Source: a bacterium
GTDB lineage: Bacteria > Patescibacteriota > Patescibacteriia > JAGPKW01
Direction of reading: 5' to 3'
DNA length: 64,000 nucleotides
Assembly (NCBI GenBank): GCA_021780535.1
Contig: JAJXYN010000012.1
Span: 5,688 to 69,687, forward strand
The notes under the pieces were generated by a model. The model worked only from the letters and a program-made list of their open reading frames with translations. It was not told where the DNA came from and ran no database searches. Position 1 is the first letter of the stretch, and the number at the start of each line of letters is the position of its first letter. Made by a program: the position numbers and the translations under genes. Shown piece by piece: positions 28,068 through 37,845 of this stretch.

Positions 28068-30128
28068 TTAATTTATATAAATATTTATATTTTCTTCTTT
28101 GTTATTGTCGTTTTTATTTATAGCTTTTATATTGTATGTTCCTTTTTTTTCTGGTTTGAATATATATTCTTTTGATGTGTTTACATATTTATTATTTATA
28201 TACCAATCTACAATATTTTCTGATTGTAATGGAATTTGTGTTGTTGTTTCTAATTGGAATTCGTCAGCGTTGTGTGGTTTTGATATTATTGAATTATCTT
28301 GTAATAAATTTTTATATTTATTATAGTTGTCGTTAATTAATCCATATTCTGTATTATTACCATCTTGATATTCTTTAATGTTGTTAAATTCAAATTTATT
28401 GTTTTTATTATAATCTGAATTTATAAGTAAGTTCATTGCTTCGTGCCATATTCTTCCTGCGCCTGTTTGTCCAGAAACTTCGTCCATTGCTGTATTATTA
28501 CTATTTCCCACCCATACTGCTACTAGAAAATCTTTTGTATATCCTATTGTATAACTATCATGAAATTCTCTTGATGTACCTGTTTTTACAGCATAATCAG
28601 CTCCATCTAAATTGAGGTCACTTGATGATCCGAATTGATCCACGCCGGTTTTTCTATCACTTAATATTTTATTTATTAATTCTATATATTTTTCTTCTGA
28701 TATTTTTTTGTTTTGATCAAAATTTGTTGAACTTAGATTTATTGAATTATTTTGAAATAATTTTAATGGTAATAAATTTCCATTTTGACTAAATATTGAA
28801 AAATAATAAGATAATGTCATTAAATCCATTTCAAAACCACCTAGAGCAATTCCTAGTTCGTAATTTGATATATTTTGAGTTGGTTTGAATTCTAAATCTT
28901 TTGTTAGTAAATTATAAAAGTTGTCTATTCCATAATATTCTAAAACTTTTACAGTTGGCACGTTAAGACTATTTGATAGGGAATAATGTAAATTTACTAA
29001 ACCCCTATATTGATAATCATAATTTTTTGGATAAAACGCAAAATTATCATTTATTAGATATTTATACTCTTTATCTTCAACTGTTGTGTATGGTCTTAAA
29101 TTTTTTTCAAAACCTTTTACATATATAAATGGTTTTATGGTTGATCCTATTGGTCTTGATTGTGTTGCCATGTTTATTTGAGACCCATTCTCTGTATTTG
29201 TTGGGTCTGGAGATCCAACTATTGATAAAACTTCATTTTCTGGGTATTTTAAAACCATTATTGCACCATTTGTTGCTTTTTTTGTTGATAAATTTTCTAA
29301 ATTTCTTTTTAAAATTTCTCTTAATTTATCTGTTAATGCGGAATCTATTGTAGTTGTTGTTGTGGTTTGCCAAGGCAAACCATTATAAGACGCATTATCC
29401 ATTAGATTGCTTATTTCAAAATAATTATTATTATTTATATATTTTTTGAAATTTGATTTTAATTTTAATACTTCTTTTGAATTGCTATTTTGTGCAAATG
29501 GATTAAAGCTTGCTGGATTTGGCATTGTTTCAAGTAGGGAATTTATTTGATCTTTATTTAATAATTCTGGTGTAGTATTGAAATAATAAGTACTGGCTAA
29601 TTTTATCCCTTCTACTTTATTTCCGAAATATATACTATTTTCATACATTTGTAATATTTGTGTTTTAGGAAGATATGCTTCAAGGCTGAATGTATAAAAT
29701 AATTCTTTTATTTTATTATTAAGCGTTCTCTTGTTTTCTTGTGATAATAATATTTTTGCTAATTGTTGGGTTATTGTACTAGATGCTGTTTTCTTGTGAA
29801 TTATAAAATAATCAAAAAATGCTCTGATTGTTGATTTTATGTTTATTCCTGGATGAAAATAAAATGTTTTATCTTCTTTTTTTATTAAAGCTTTTGTGAA
29901 TTCTTTTGGTAAAAAGTTTATGTTTTCGGAATAATCTCCACGATTATTTTCTTTTATTTTTAAAATTATATTATTTCTGTCTTTTATGATTTCTGATTGA
30001 TTGTTTAGGTAGCTTTTTATTAATAAATTTTTTGCATTAGCTAGTTTTATGGAAATAAATATGGCAAATATTAGCATTAATATTGATAGACATGAAATTA
30101 TTATAATTTTCGTTGTTTTTTTGTTCAT
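28068..30128 (-). CDS. pbpC: penicillin-binding protein 1C-like bifunctional transglycosylase/transpeptidase
   Basis: KEDKTFYFHPG, STITQQLAK, SxxK (STIK), SLN, KTGT; C-terminal Ig-like domain; next to the alpha-2-macroglobulin gene. Confidence 0.88.
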   Translation of the reverse strand: MNKKTTKIIIISCLSILMLIFAIFISIKLANAKNLLIKSYLNNQSEIIKDRNNIILKIKENNRGDYSENINFLPKEFTKALIKKEDKTFYFHPGINIKSTIRAFFDYFIIHKKTASSTITQQLAKILLSQENKRTLNNKIKELFYTFSLEAYLPKTQILQMYENSIYFGNKVEGIKLASTYYFNTTPELLNKDQINSLLETMPNPASFNPFAQNSNSKEVLKLKSNFKKYINNNNYFEISNLMDNASYNGLPWQTTTTTTIDSALTDKLREILKRNLENLSTKKATNGAIMVLKYPENEVLSIVGSPDPTNTENGSQINMATQSRPIGSTIKPFIYVKGFEKNLRPYTTVEDKEYKYLINDNFAFYPKNYDYQYRGLVNLHYSLSNSLNVPTVKVLEYYGIDNFYNLLTKDLEFKPTQNISNYELGIALGGFEMDLMTLSYYFSIFSQNGNLLPLKLFQNNSINLSSTNFDQNKKISEEKYIELINKILSDRKTGVDQFGSSSDLNLDGADYAVKTGTSREFHDSYTIGYTKDFLVAVWVGNSNNTAMDEVSGQTGAGRIWHEAMNLLINSDYNKNNKFEFNNIKEYQDGNNTEYGLINDNYNKYKNLLQDNSIISKPHNADEFQLETTTQIPLQSENIVDWYINNKYVNTSKEYIFKPEKKGTYNIKAINKNDNNKEENINIYIN

Positions 30129-30502
30129 GTAGAAATAATTATTATAATCGTTATATTAATTTAATTTTTCGTGAGTAAAATATCTTAATTTTCTATATTA
30201 AAAATTTCAAAAATTCTATTCTGAACCTTAAACTGCTCAAGGCTGTTTTGAAATTTAAACTACGAATTTTTTTTAATTTTTAACATGAAAATTTAAATAA
30301 ATTTTACAGACTCTAAATTAAATTAATAATAAATTATTATTACTATTATAGATGAATATATAATATTTGTGTTTTCTTTACAATTGGGAATAATTCTTTT
30401 TGACAATTAAGATTTATTTTGCTATAATTCTCATATTATAAAGTAAAACATCTCTTTTCCTGTGGTGAATTACTATAAGTTAATAAAGAATAATATAAAA
30501 AC

Positions 30503-30820
30503 ATGATAGCTATTATTAAAACTGGCGGTAAACAATATAAAGTTTCTGAAGGTTCTAAAGTGAAAATTGAAAAACTAGAAGTTAATGTTGGAGATAAATA
30601 TACTTTTGATTCTGTTTTACTTACTTCAAAAGAAGATGGATCTGATTTAAAGATTGGAAATCCTACTGTTTCTGGTGCTAAGGTAGAAGCTACTATTTTG
30701 AAACAAGATAGACATGAAAAAGTTAGAACTATTAAGTTTAAAAGTAAAACTCATTTTAATAAAGAAAAAAATCATAGACAAGCCTTCACTGAAGTTATTG
30801 TTGATAAAATTGTTGCATAA
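30503..30820 (+). CDS. rplU: 50S ribosomal protein L21
   Basis: MIAIIKTGGKQYKV...HRQAFT. Confidence 0.97.
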   Translation: MIAIIKTGGKQYKVSEGSKVKIEKLEVNVGDKYTFDSVLLTSKEDGSDLKIGNPTVSGAKVEATILKQDRHEKVRTIKFKSKTHFNKEKNHRQAFTEVIVDKIVA

Positions 30821-30923
30821 TATAAAAATAATTCGAGAAATCGAATTATTTTTTATATTACTATTTACTATTTTGCTTGATGGTTGTATATTATATGTTG
30901 CAATATAGGGAGGTGCAATTATT

Positions 30924-31259
30924 ATGATTATTGATTGTAGTCTTGATCCACGCCTAATAAACTATAAAGATGGTTTTTTGGGTATTTTTGGAAAATTTGA
31001 ATTTGAATTGGTCATGGTGAGATTTGTTGAATATTTGATAGAAATTGATAAAAATTTCTTATCAAGTTTCAATAAATATGAGCTTGAAGCTTGTGGTTTT
31101 TTTGAAAGTTTTGATGATTTTTCTGGTAGTTTCCCCAAAGATATTAGAATTATTATGGATTATTTTATTAAAGCCAAATATTTTGAATTAAAAAAAGATA
31201 ATAGGTATATTGCTACTGGCAAGCTTGTTGCTAAGCTGCTACCACTTGTTAAAAAGTAA
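30924..31259 (+). CDS. hypothetical protein (SD-led islet gene)
   Basis: GGGAGGTG SD; terminator GACGAGAT-TCTAC-ATCTCGTC plus T-tract at 31278-31304. Confidence 0.7.
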   Translation: MIIDCSLDPRLINYKDGFLGIFGKFEFELVMVRFVEYLIEIDKNFLSSFNKYELEACGFFESFDDFSGSFPKDIRIIMDYFIKAKYFELKKDNRYIATGKLVAKLLPLVKK

Positions 31260-31330
31260 AAAATCTTTTTAACAGTGGACGAGATTCTACATCTCGTCTT
31301 TTTTATTTTTTAATTTATAAAAAAGAATGG

Positions 31331-31927
31331 CTATAACTCCATTCTTCCTGATATAGAATCGCCTAATGTTATTTGATCTGCATATTCTATTTCTGATCCA
31401 ATTGGCAAACCTCTGGCAAATCTTGTCATTTTTATGTTTAAAGGTTTTAGTAGTTTTGATATGTATATAATTGTTGATTCTCCTTCTATTTTTGGATCTA
31501 TTCCAAATATAACTTCTCTTATTTTATCTTTGTTTTTTGATATTCTTTCTATAAGTTCTTGAATTTTAATTTTGTCGGGAGTTATTCCATTTAATGTATC
31601 TATTAATCCGTGAAGCACATGATATTTTCCCTTGAATTTATTTGTTTTTTCTATGTTTGATATATCTTTTATTTGTGAGACAACACATATAATGCTTGAA
31701 TCTCTATTTTTATTTAAACATATATCGCAATAATCGTTTTCTGATATATTAAAACATGCTTTACATAATTTTATATCTTTTATTTCTATTATGGCTGTAC
31801 TTATTTTTTTTAATTCTTCTTCTGTTCTGTTTAATAAATCAAAAGATATCTTCTCTGCGGTTTTTTGTCCGATAGTAGGGAAGGTATGGATTATATCTAT
31901 TAAATTTTGAAGTTTTTCTGGAAACAC
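31331..31927 (-). CDS. recR: recombination mediator RecR
   Basis: PTIGQKTAEK HhH, C4 zinc finger, YHVLHG, EGEST, GLPIGSEIEYAD. Confidence 0.96.
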   Translation of the reverse strand: MFPEKLQNLIDIIHTFPTIGQKTAEKISFDLLNRTEEELKKISTAIIEIKDIKLCKACFNISENDYCDICLNKNRDSSIICVVSQIKDISNIEKTNKFKGKYHVLHGLIDTLNGITPDKIKIQELIERISKNKDKIREVIFGIDPKIEGESTIIYISKLLKPLNIKMTRFARGLPIGSEIEYADQITLGDSISGRMEL

Positions 31928-31940
31928 TGTTGTAGTATAA

Positions 31941-32237
31941 TTAATTTAAGCCTGGTATGTTAAGTCCTCCCATTGATTGCATTTTTTTTGCCATTACCAT
32001 TTGTACTTTTTTTATGGCTTCGTTTATTGAATCTCTTGTTGCGTTTTCTAATTTTTCTTTGTTTGTTAAAAGATTTTGATCCATTATTTCAACTTTTTTT
32101 ATTTCTTGATTTCCGTTTATTGTTATTTTTATTCCTGATTTTTCTACATCTATAACTTCTAATTCTAATTCTTTTTGCAATTTTTTGGCCTGATCTTTTA
32201 GATCGGTTACTTGTTTTAATTGTGAGAATAGTGACAT
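31941..32237 (-). CDS. ybaB: YbaB/EbfC family nucleoid-associated protein
   Basis: AKKLQKEL...IKITINGNQEI...INEA; directly upstream of recR. Confidence 0.9.
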   Translation of the reverse strand: MSLFSQLKQVTDLKDQAKKLQKELELEVIDVEKSGIKITINGNQEIKKVEIMDQNLLTNKEKLENATRDSINEAIKKVQMVMAKKMQSMGGLNIPGLN

Positions 32238-32361
32238 ATGTTTAGAAAATAATTTATTAATGTTCTAGTACAAAATTTACTAGTTGGTGGGTATTATAAC
32301 ATTTAAATTTAAAACTGAAAAACTGAAAAATTTAAAACAATTTTAAATTTCAGTTTTTAAA

Positions 32362-33030
32362 TTATATTATTTCTTCCAGTGATATTGGTGTTATGTGATT
32401 TGATGATAAATTGAGTATTTGTGGTTCTATGGTTTCTTTTGTTGGAGTAGATATTTTATTTGTTAAGATGGTAGAAGTTTCTGTCGCACTTAAGTTAGTA
32501 GCAGGTTTTGTTATGTTTTCTATTGCTACCCATGTGCTATTTTTATTTGTTGGCACTATTACAACTACTTCATCTCCAATTTCTCCTTTGTAATAGGTTA
32601 CTGAAGCTTTTTGTACTCTATAAACTGTTCCTTCTGCTAATACTGCAAATCCTTTGTTTATTTCATCTTTTATTAATGTTCCTATTAATCTTGTTCTATC
32701 TATTTGTTCTATTTGTTTATATACAAAAGTACCATCTTTTTTGATAGTTAATTTCATTTTATCTCCTTCTACTATTTTTGATTTTGATATGTAATTTGCT
32801 GGGATACTGTATTGTTTGGAATCTGGCCCTATCATAATTTCTCCGTTGAATACACCTTCTATTATTTTACTATCCTCTTCAAAATATTCTGAAGTATCAA
32901 TGTTTTTGAATTTGTTTAATATTTCATTAGATTTTTCTGGCTCTATATTAATTAAGTTTATTGTTTCTTCTACTTGTTTTTTTATTAGCAAAAGATTTTC
33001 TAAAATTTGTGATAAATTTTCTTGGTTCAT
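32362..33030 (-). CDS. conserved hypothetical protein
   Basis: 222-aa ORF with conserved-looking core IEGVFNGEIMIGPDSKQYSIPANYISKSKIVEGD. Confidence 0.8.
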   Translation of the reverse strand: MNQENLSQILENLLLIKKQVEETINLINIEPEKSNEILNKFKNIDTSEYFEEDSKIIEGVFNGEIMIGPDSKQYSIPANYISKSKIVEGDKMKLTIKKDGTFVYKQIEQIDRTRLIGTLIKDEINKGFAVLAEGTVYRVQKASVTYYKGEIGDEVVVIVPTNKNSTWVAIENITKPATNLSATETSTILTNKISTPTKETIEPQILNLSSNHITPISLEEII

Positions 33031-33202
33031 TTTTGTTTTTATTATCTTAATTAGATGATTGAATAATTAGAGTTATAGATTATTGGAGAAGGTAAAAATT
33101 TATATTTTCTAATTATCTACTCCTCAAATCATTTAATTATCTAGTTAACTTGATATTATCTCTAAAAATGGTTTTAGGCAATATAATTTGTATAAAATAA
33201 AA

Positions 33203-33230
33203 GTCCGCCTTCGTCAAGACTAAGGCGGAT
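33203..33230. repeat. GC-rich REP-like palindrome 3' of tRNA-Trp
   Basis: GTCCGCCTT-CGTCAAGACT-AAGGCGGAT; related element at 62692-62719. Confidence 0.6.
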
Positions 33231-33232
33231 GA

Positions 33233-33306
33233 TGGCAGGAGTAGTAGGAATCGAACCCACACCAAAGGTTTTGGAGACCTTTGTTCTACCATTAAACTAT
33301 ACTCCT
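33233..33306 (-). tRNA. tRNA-Trp(CCA)
   Basis: Reverse complement AGGAGTATAGTTTAATGGTAGAAC-A-AAGGT-CTCCAAA-ACCTT...ACTCCTGCCA. Confidence 0.97.
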
Positions 33307-33505
33307 AGGTTGAAAATTAAAAACTTATAGAGAAATTATATATTAAATGTTGTGTTTAGTAAAGAATAGAAGAAGGTATTAACGATAATAGATTGTTTGT
33401 CATTTTATTGACAAAATGTCAAAAATATGATAACATATAAACATGAGAAGATGGGAGTAGAGTAATCGAAACCAAAATCAAAACTTCTCATTTTTAGGAG
33501 GAATT

Positions 33506-33643
33506 ATGGCAGTGAAGAATGTTGGCGGAAAATTGTGGCTCGTCAGCTTCCCGAATGGCTCCACGATAAACGTGGAGGCCGAAACGGCAAGCCAGGCCAT
33601 TCGTGCGGCCTGCCGAGAAAGGGCCGAAGAGAACCAGCGCTGA
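33506..33643 (+). CDS. small hypothetical protein (45 aa), high-GC, SD-led; below the ORF-track length cutoff
   Basis: AGGAGGAATT-ATG; MAVKNVGGKLWLVSFPNGSTINVEAETASQAIRAACRERAEENQR*; promoter TTGACA-17-TAACAT; terminator 33652-33704. Confidence 0.7.
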   Translation: MAVKNVGGKLWLVSFPNGSTINVEAETASQAIRAACRERAEENQR

Positions 33644-33651
33644 TGGTTCTC

Positions 33652-33704
33652 AATTCCAGCCGCTCTAACCTTGAATGGGAGGGGAGAGCGACTGGAATTT
33701 TTTT
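33652..33704 (+). terminator. intrinsic terminator
   Basis: AATTCCAGCCGCTCT...AGAGCGACTGGAATT plus T-tract. Confidence 0.7.
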
Positions 33705-33900
33705 ATTTCTTTAACTTTAAAGGTTTTTTGATATTTTTAACACATTAATAACATGTTATGTGTTTTTTTATTTTAAATAGTTGTGTAGAATGGGATTTAA
33801 CAAAAGTTGAAATATAAAAATATTAAAATATGCAAAAGTTTTTAAATGTTTCTATATTTTACTTTTAAATGTTTCTATATTTTACTTTTTAATATTTTTT

Positions 33901-35277
33901 ATGGCTGATAAATCTTTTCTTCCACCACAGAATTTGGATGCTGAAAAAAGTTTGCTTGGGGCTTTGCTTGTTGATAAAGATGCTATTGTTGAAGTTGCTG
34001 ATGTGCTTGATGCTAATGATTTTTATTCATCTTCTCATGGTCTTATTTATGATGCTATTAACACTCTTTATGAAAAGAGACAGCCTACTGATATTGTTAA
34101 TGTTATTAATATTTTAGACGAGAGAAAACAGCTTGATATGGTTGGTGGTAGATCTGCTATTATTGATTTGGCCGAAAAAAATGTAACTTCTGCTCATTCT
34201 GTTTCTTATGCAAAAATTATTTCAAAAAAAGCTACACTAAGAAGGCTTATTACGAAATCTGCCGAGATTAATGAACTTGCATATCATGAAGATATGGAGA
34301 TTGAAGAAATATTGGATACTGCTGAAAGGGAAATTTTTGGTGTTGCAAAAGATTTGAAAACGGATTCTTTTACTCCGCTTAGAAATGTTTTAAATGAATC
34401 TTTTGAGAGAATTGACTCTTTAAGTCAAAATAAAGGGCAGCTAAGAGGATTGACGAGCGGTTTTAATGATTTAGACCATACTCTTTCTGGTTTTCAAAAA
34501 TCTGATCTTATTATTCTTGCTGCTCGTCCTTCTGTTGGTAAGACTTCTTTTGCTATGGATATTGTTCGTAATGCTGCTATACAAGGTAAGGCTAAAGTTG
34601 CTCTTTTTTCTCTTGAAATGAGTAAAGAGCAATTGACTGATAAACTTATCTCTGCTGAATCTGGTGTTGATCTTTGGAAACTTAGAACTGGTAATCTTTC
34701 TGATCAATCTCATGATAATGATTTTGAAAAAATAGGTCATGCTATTAATTCTTTATCGGATGCTAATATTTATATTGATGATTCTGGTACTTTGACTGTT
34801 ATGCAAATTAGAACTAAATGTAGAAGACTTAAATCTGAACAGGGATTAGATATGATTGTTATTGATTATTTGCAACTTATTGCTGATGGTGGTTCTGATA
34901 ATAGAAATAATGAAATTTCTTTAATATCTAGATCTTTGAAACAACTTGCAAAAGAACTTGATATTCCTGTCATTGCCTTGTCTCAGTTATCGCGTGCTGT
35001 TGAGATGTCAAAACCAGCTATTCCAAAACTTTCTCATTTGAGAGAGTCTGGATCTATTGAGCAAGATGCTGATATTGTTATGTTTATTTATAGAAAAGCT
35101 GCTGATAAAAATTATAGACCGGAAGAAATTATGCCTGATGAAAAAAATGTTGCAGAAATTCATATTGCTAAACATAGAAATGGTGCCTGTGGAGTTATTG
35201 GATTATATTTTAATGGTCAAACTACTTCATTTAAGAATTTGGCTACTAATTTTAATGCATCAACTGTGGAAATCTAA
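33901..35277 (+). CDS. dnaB: replicative DNA helicase
   Basis: PPQNLDAEKS, AARPSVGKT, FSLEMS, IDYLQL, LSQLSR, LRESGSIEQDAD, KHRNG. Confidence 0.98.
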   Translation: MADKSFLPPQNLDAEKSLLGALLVDKDAIVEVADVLDANDFYSSSHGLIYDAINTLYEKRQPTDIVNVINILDERKQLDMVGGRSAIIDLAEKNVTSAHSVSYAKIISKKATLRRLITKSAEINELAYHEDMEIEEILDTAEREIFGVAKDLKTDSFTPLRNVLNESFERIDSLSQNKGQLRGLTSGFNDLDHTLSGFQKSDLIILAARPSVGKTSFAMDIVRNAAIQGKAKVALFSLEMSKEQLTDKLISAESGVDLWKLRTGNLSDQSHDNDFEKIGHAINSLSDANIYIDDSGTLTVMQIRTKCRRLKSEQGLDMIVIDYLQLIADGGSDNRNNEISLISRSLKQLAKELDIPVIALSQLSRAVEMSKPAIPKLSHLRESGSIEQDADIVMFIYRKAADKNYRPEEIMPDEKNVAEIHIAKHRNGACGVIGLYFNGQTTSFKNLATNFNASTVEI

Positions 35278-35296
35278 AAGTTATAATTATTGATAA

Positions 35297-35392
35297 AAAA
35301 ACTAATAATAATGTTTTCTTTTCATGGTGTTTCGCCCAATTAAGATATCACATGAGCTTCACAAATGAACGAAAACATTATTATTAGTTTTT
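35297..35392 (+). repeat. intergenic hairpin family, copy 1
   Basis: 22-bp perfect inverted arms around TTTTCATGGTGTTTCG...GAGCTTCACAAATGAA. Confidence 0.8.
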
Positions 35393-35436
35393 ATGCTATA
35401 ATTTAATATAAAGTAATCAAGTTAATTGCTATTATT

Positions 35437-36903
35437 ATGTCTACATTATATCGTAAATATCGTCCTAAATTGTGGTCTGAGGTTTTTGGCCAAGAAAATA
35501 TAAAAAACACTTTAAAGAATGAAATTTTGAACAATAAACTTGCTCATGCTTATATTTTTGCTGGTTCTAGGGGTATTGGTAAAACTACAACTGCTAGGCT
35601 TTTTGCTAAAACTTTGAATTGTAAAAATAGAAAACCTAATGATATTGAACCTTGTTGTGCTTGTGATTCTTGTTTGGCTATTGATGGTGGAAGTAGTATG
35701 GAACTTATTGAAATTGATGCTGCTTCTAATACTGGTGTTGATGATGTTAGAGAACTTAGAAAACTTACAAGAATTCCTGCTTCTGTTGGTTCTTATAAAA
35801 TTTTTATTATAGATGAAGTTCATATGTTGTCTAAGCAAGCTTTTAATGCTTTATTAAAGACATTAGAAGAACCTCCTGAAAGAGTTATTTTTATTCTTGC
35901 TACTACAGAAATTAATAAAATATTAGATACTATTCTTTCTAGGTGTCAGATTTTTAAATTCAAAAAGGCTACTAATGAAGAAATTATTGCTGATTTAAAA
36001 TTGATTTGTGAGAAAGAAGGAATAGATGTTTCAAATGATGTTCTTTTACATGTTGCTGAAAAATCTACTGGTGGTTTTAGAGATGCTGAGAGTTTGCTTG
36101 GTCAGATATTATCTTCTTTAAATCAAAAAACTATAAACAAAGAAGATATAACTTATATAGTAAATAAAACGGATCAGGATTTTATTTTAAATTTTGTTGC
36201 AAGTATTTCTTCTAGGGATATAAAATCTTGTTTTAATATAATTTCTGAAGTTATAGAAACACAATCAAATTTTGATGATTATGTTTTAGATCTTATAGAA
36301 ATATTTAGAAAAATTTTGATTTACAAATACAACCCTGATTGTATGGAAAATTGGAAGAATTTAAATAGCGATATAAAAAATTCTATAGAGAAAACATCAA
36401 AAGAACTCGATTTTAGTAGATTATCTATAGTTATTAAAAAATTAATTCAAGTTAAATTAGATATAAAAAATTGTGATATTATCCAATTACCATTAGAAAT
36501 TGCTGTTGTGGAAATGTGTGAGGAGAAAATGGATGGGCATTCTGATGTAATGCCTGTAGGAAATAATAAATCCAACAATGTTTTAATGGATGTTAAAAAA
36601 TCAGCCTCTGCTGAAGCTACGACAGACAAGGATGTTTCTGTTTTGGATATTTTAAATGACGATGAACCTAAACCAGATATTATAGAAGTTGTTAAAAAAA
36701 ATGGTTTATTGAATCATGTTGATCCTTTAAAGAGAGATAGAATGATGAAAAAATTTGGATTGAATAAAAATGCTGTGACGCAAAATATTACATCTACACA
36801 AGAAAGTGGTAACGTTTTAGTGGATGTTAAAAAAAATGAACCAGAACAAGATGTCTCAGTTTTTGATATATTAAAAGATGAATTTGCCGAAAATTTAGAA
36901 TAA
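35437..36903 (+). CDS. dnaX: DNA polymerase III subunit gamma/tau
   Basis: LYRKYRP, GSRGIGKTT, EIDAASN, IIDEVHML, LEEPP, SRC. Confidence 0.97.
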   Translation: MSTLYRKYRPKLWSEVFGQENIKNTLKNEILNNKLAHAYIFAGSRGIGKTTTARLFAKTLNCKNRKPNDIEPCCACDSCLAIDGGSSMELIEIDAASNTGVDDVRELRKLTRIPASVGSYKIFIIDEVHMLSKQAFNALLKTLEEPPERVIFILATTEINKILDTILSRCQIFKFKKATNEEIIADLKLICEKEGIDVSNDVLLHVAEKSTGGFRDAESLLGQILSSLNQKTINKEDITYIVNKTDQDFILNFVASISSRDIKSCFNIISEVIETQSNFDDYVLDLIEIFRKILIYKYNPDCMENWKNLNSDIKNSIEKTSKELDFSRLSIVIKKLIQVKLDIKNCDIIQLPLEIAVVEMCEEKMDGHSDVMPVGNNKSNNVLMDVKKSASAEATTDKDVSVLDILNDDEPKPDIIEVVKKNGLLNHVDPLKRDRMMKKFGLNKNAVTQNITSTQESGNVLVDVKKNEPEQDVSVFDILKDEFAENLE

Positions 36904-36942
36904 ATTAAAATAAAAAATGTAGATGTTTATTATCTACATTTT

Positions 36943-37608
36943 TTATTTTTTTGTCTTATTCTTTTCTTGCCAATCTTTTATTAGTTTATGATTGCCAGAT
37001 TTTAATATTTCTGGAATTTTTAATTCTATCGTTTTTCCATTTTTTTTAAATTTAAATATTTCTGGTTTTGTGTATTGTGGATATTCTGTGTCATTATTGT
37101 CATAAAAAGAATCTTGTTTGAAACTTTCTTCATTTCCAAGTACGCCTGGCAATAGTCTTGTTATTGAATCTACGAGTATCATTGCTGGAATATTACCGTT
37201 TGTTAATACATAATCTCCAATTGATATTTTTTTATCTATAAATTCATCTATTCTTGAATCTATTCCTTCATAATGTCCATTTATCATGACTATTTGGTCT
37301 AGTTTTGAAAATTCTTTTGCTAGTTTTTGATTGTATTTTTCTCCGGTTGGTGTGAATAGAATTATTTTGCTATTTTTTGAGAGTTTTATTTTTTTGAGAG
37401 TTTTATATATGGGCTCTATTTTCATAAGCATCCCTGGTCCACCACCATAAGGAGTGTCGTCAACGGTTCTGTGGCTATCTGTTGTGTTGTCTCTAATGTT
37501 GTGGATCTTTATTTTTATAATTTTTTCTTTTTGAGCGCGTTTAATGATGCTTTCATTAAAATATGAATCAAATATGTTTGGAAAAATTGTTAATATATCA
37601 AATTTCAT
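36943..37608 (-). CDS. trmD: tRNA (guanine37-N1)-methyltransferase
   Basis: VDDTPYGGGPGM, GHYEGIDSR, SIGDYVL, EYPQYTKP, SGNH. Confidence 0.97.
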   Translation of the reverse strand: MKFDILTIFPNIFDSYFNESIIKRAQKEKIIKIKIHNIRDNTTDSHRTVDDTPYGGGPGMLMKIEPIYKTLKKIKLSKNSKIILFTPTGEKYNQKLAKEFSKLDQIVMINGHYEGIDSRIDEFIDKKISIGDYVLTNGNIPAMILVDSITRLLPGVLGNEESFKQDSFYDNNDTEYPQYTKPEIFKFKKNGKTIELKIPEILKSGNHKLIKDWQEKNKTKK

Positions 37609-37845
37609 TTTATTGTCTAATATTTATATTGTTAATTATATAGGTTAAACTATTAATTTGCCAAATTTTTATAATATGATCATATTTAGCTAATTTTATT
37701 ATTGTTTATAAACTATTAAATTATGTGGTTACAAAATATTGTAAAATCCATATCTCTTTTATTTTTGATTTATTTAAACTATAATGGAACGTACGAGTGT
37801 TTCTAGTGGAATACTAATAGAAATAATTATTTAAATTATAAAAAT

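Noticed and set aside
33840-33885. CRISPR-like direct repeats
   Set aside because: Only two adjacent 23-bp units with no spacers and no cas genes.
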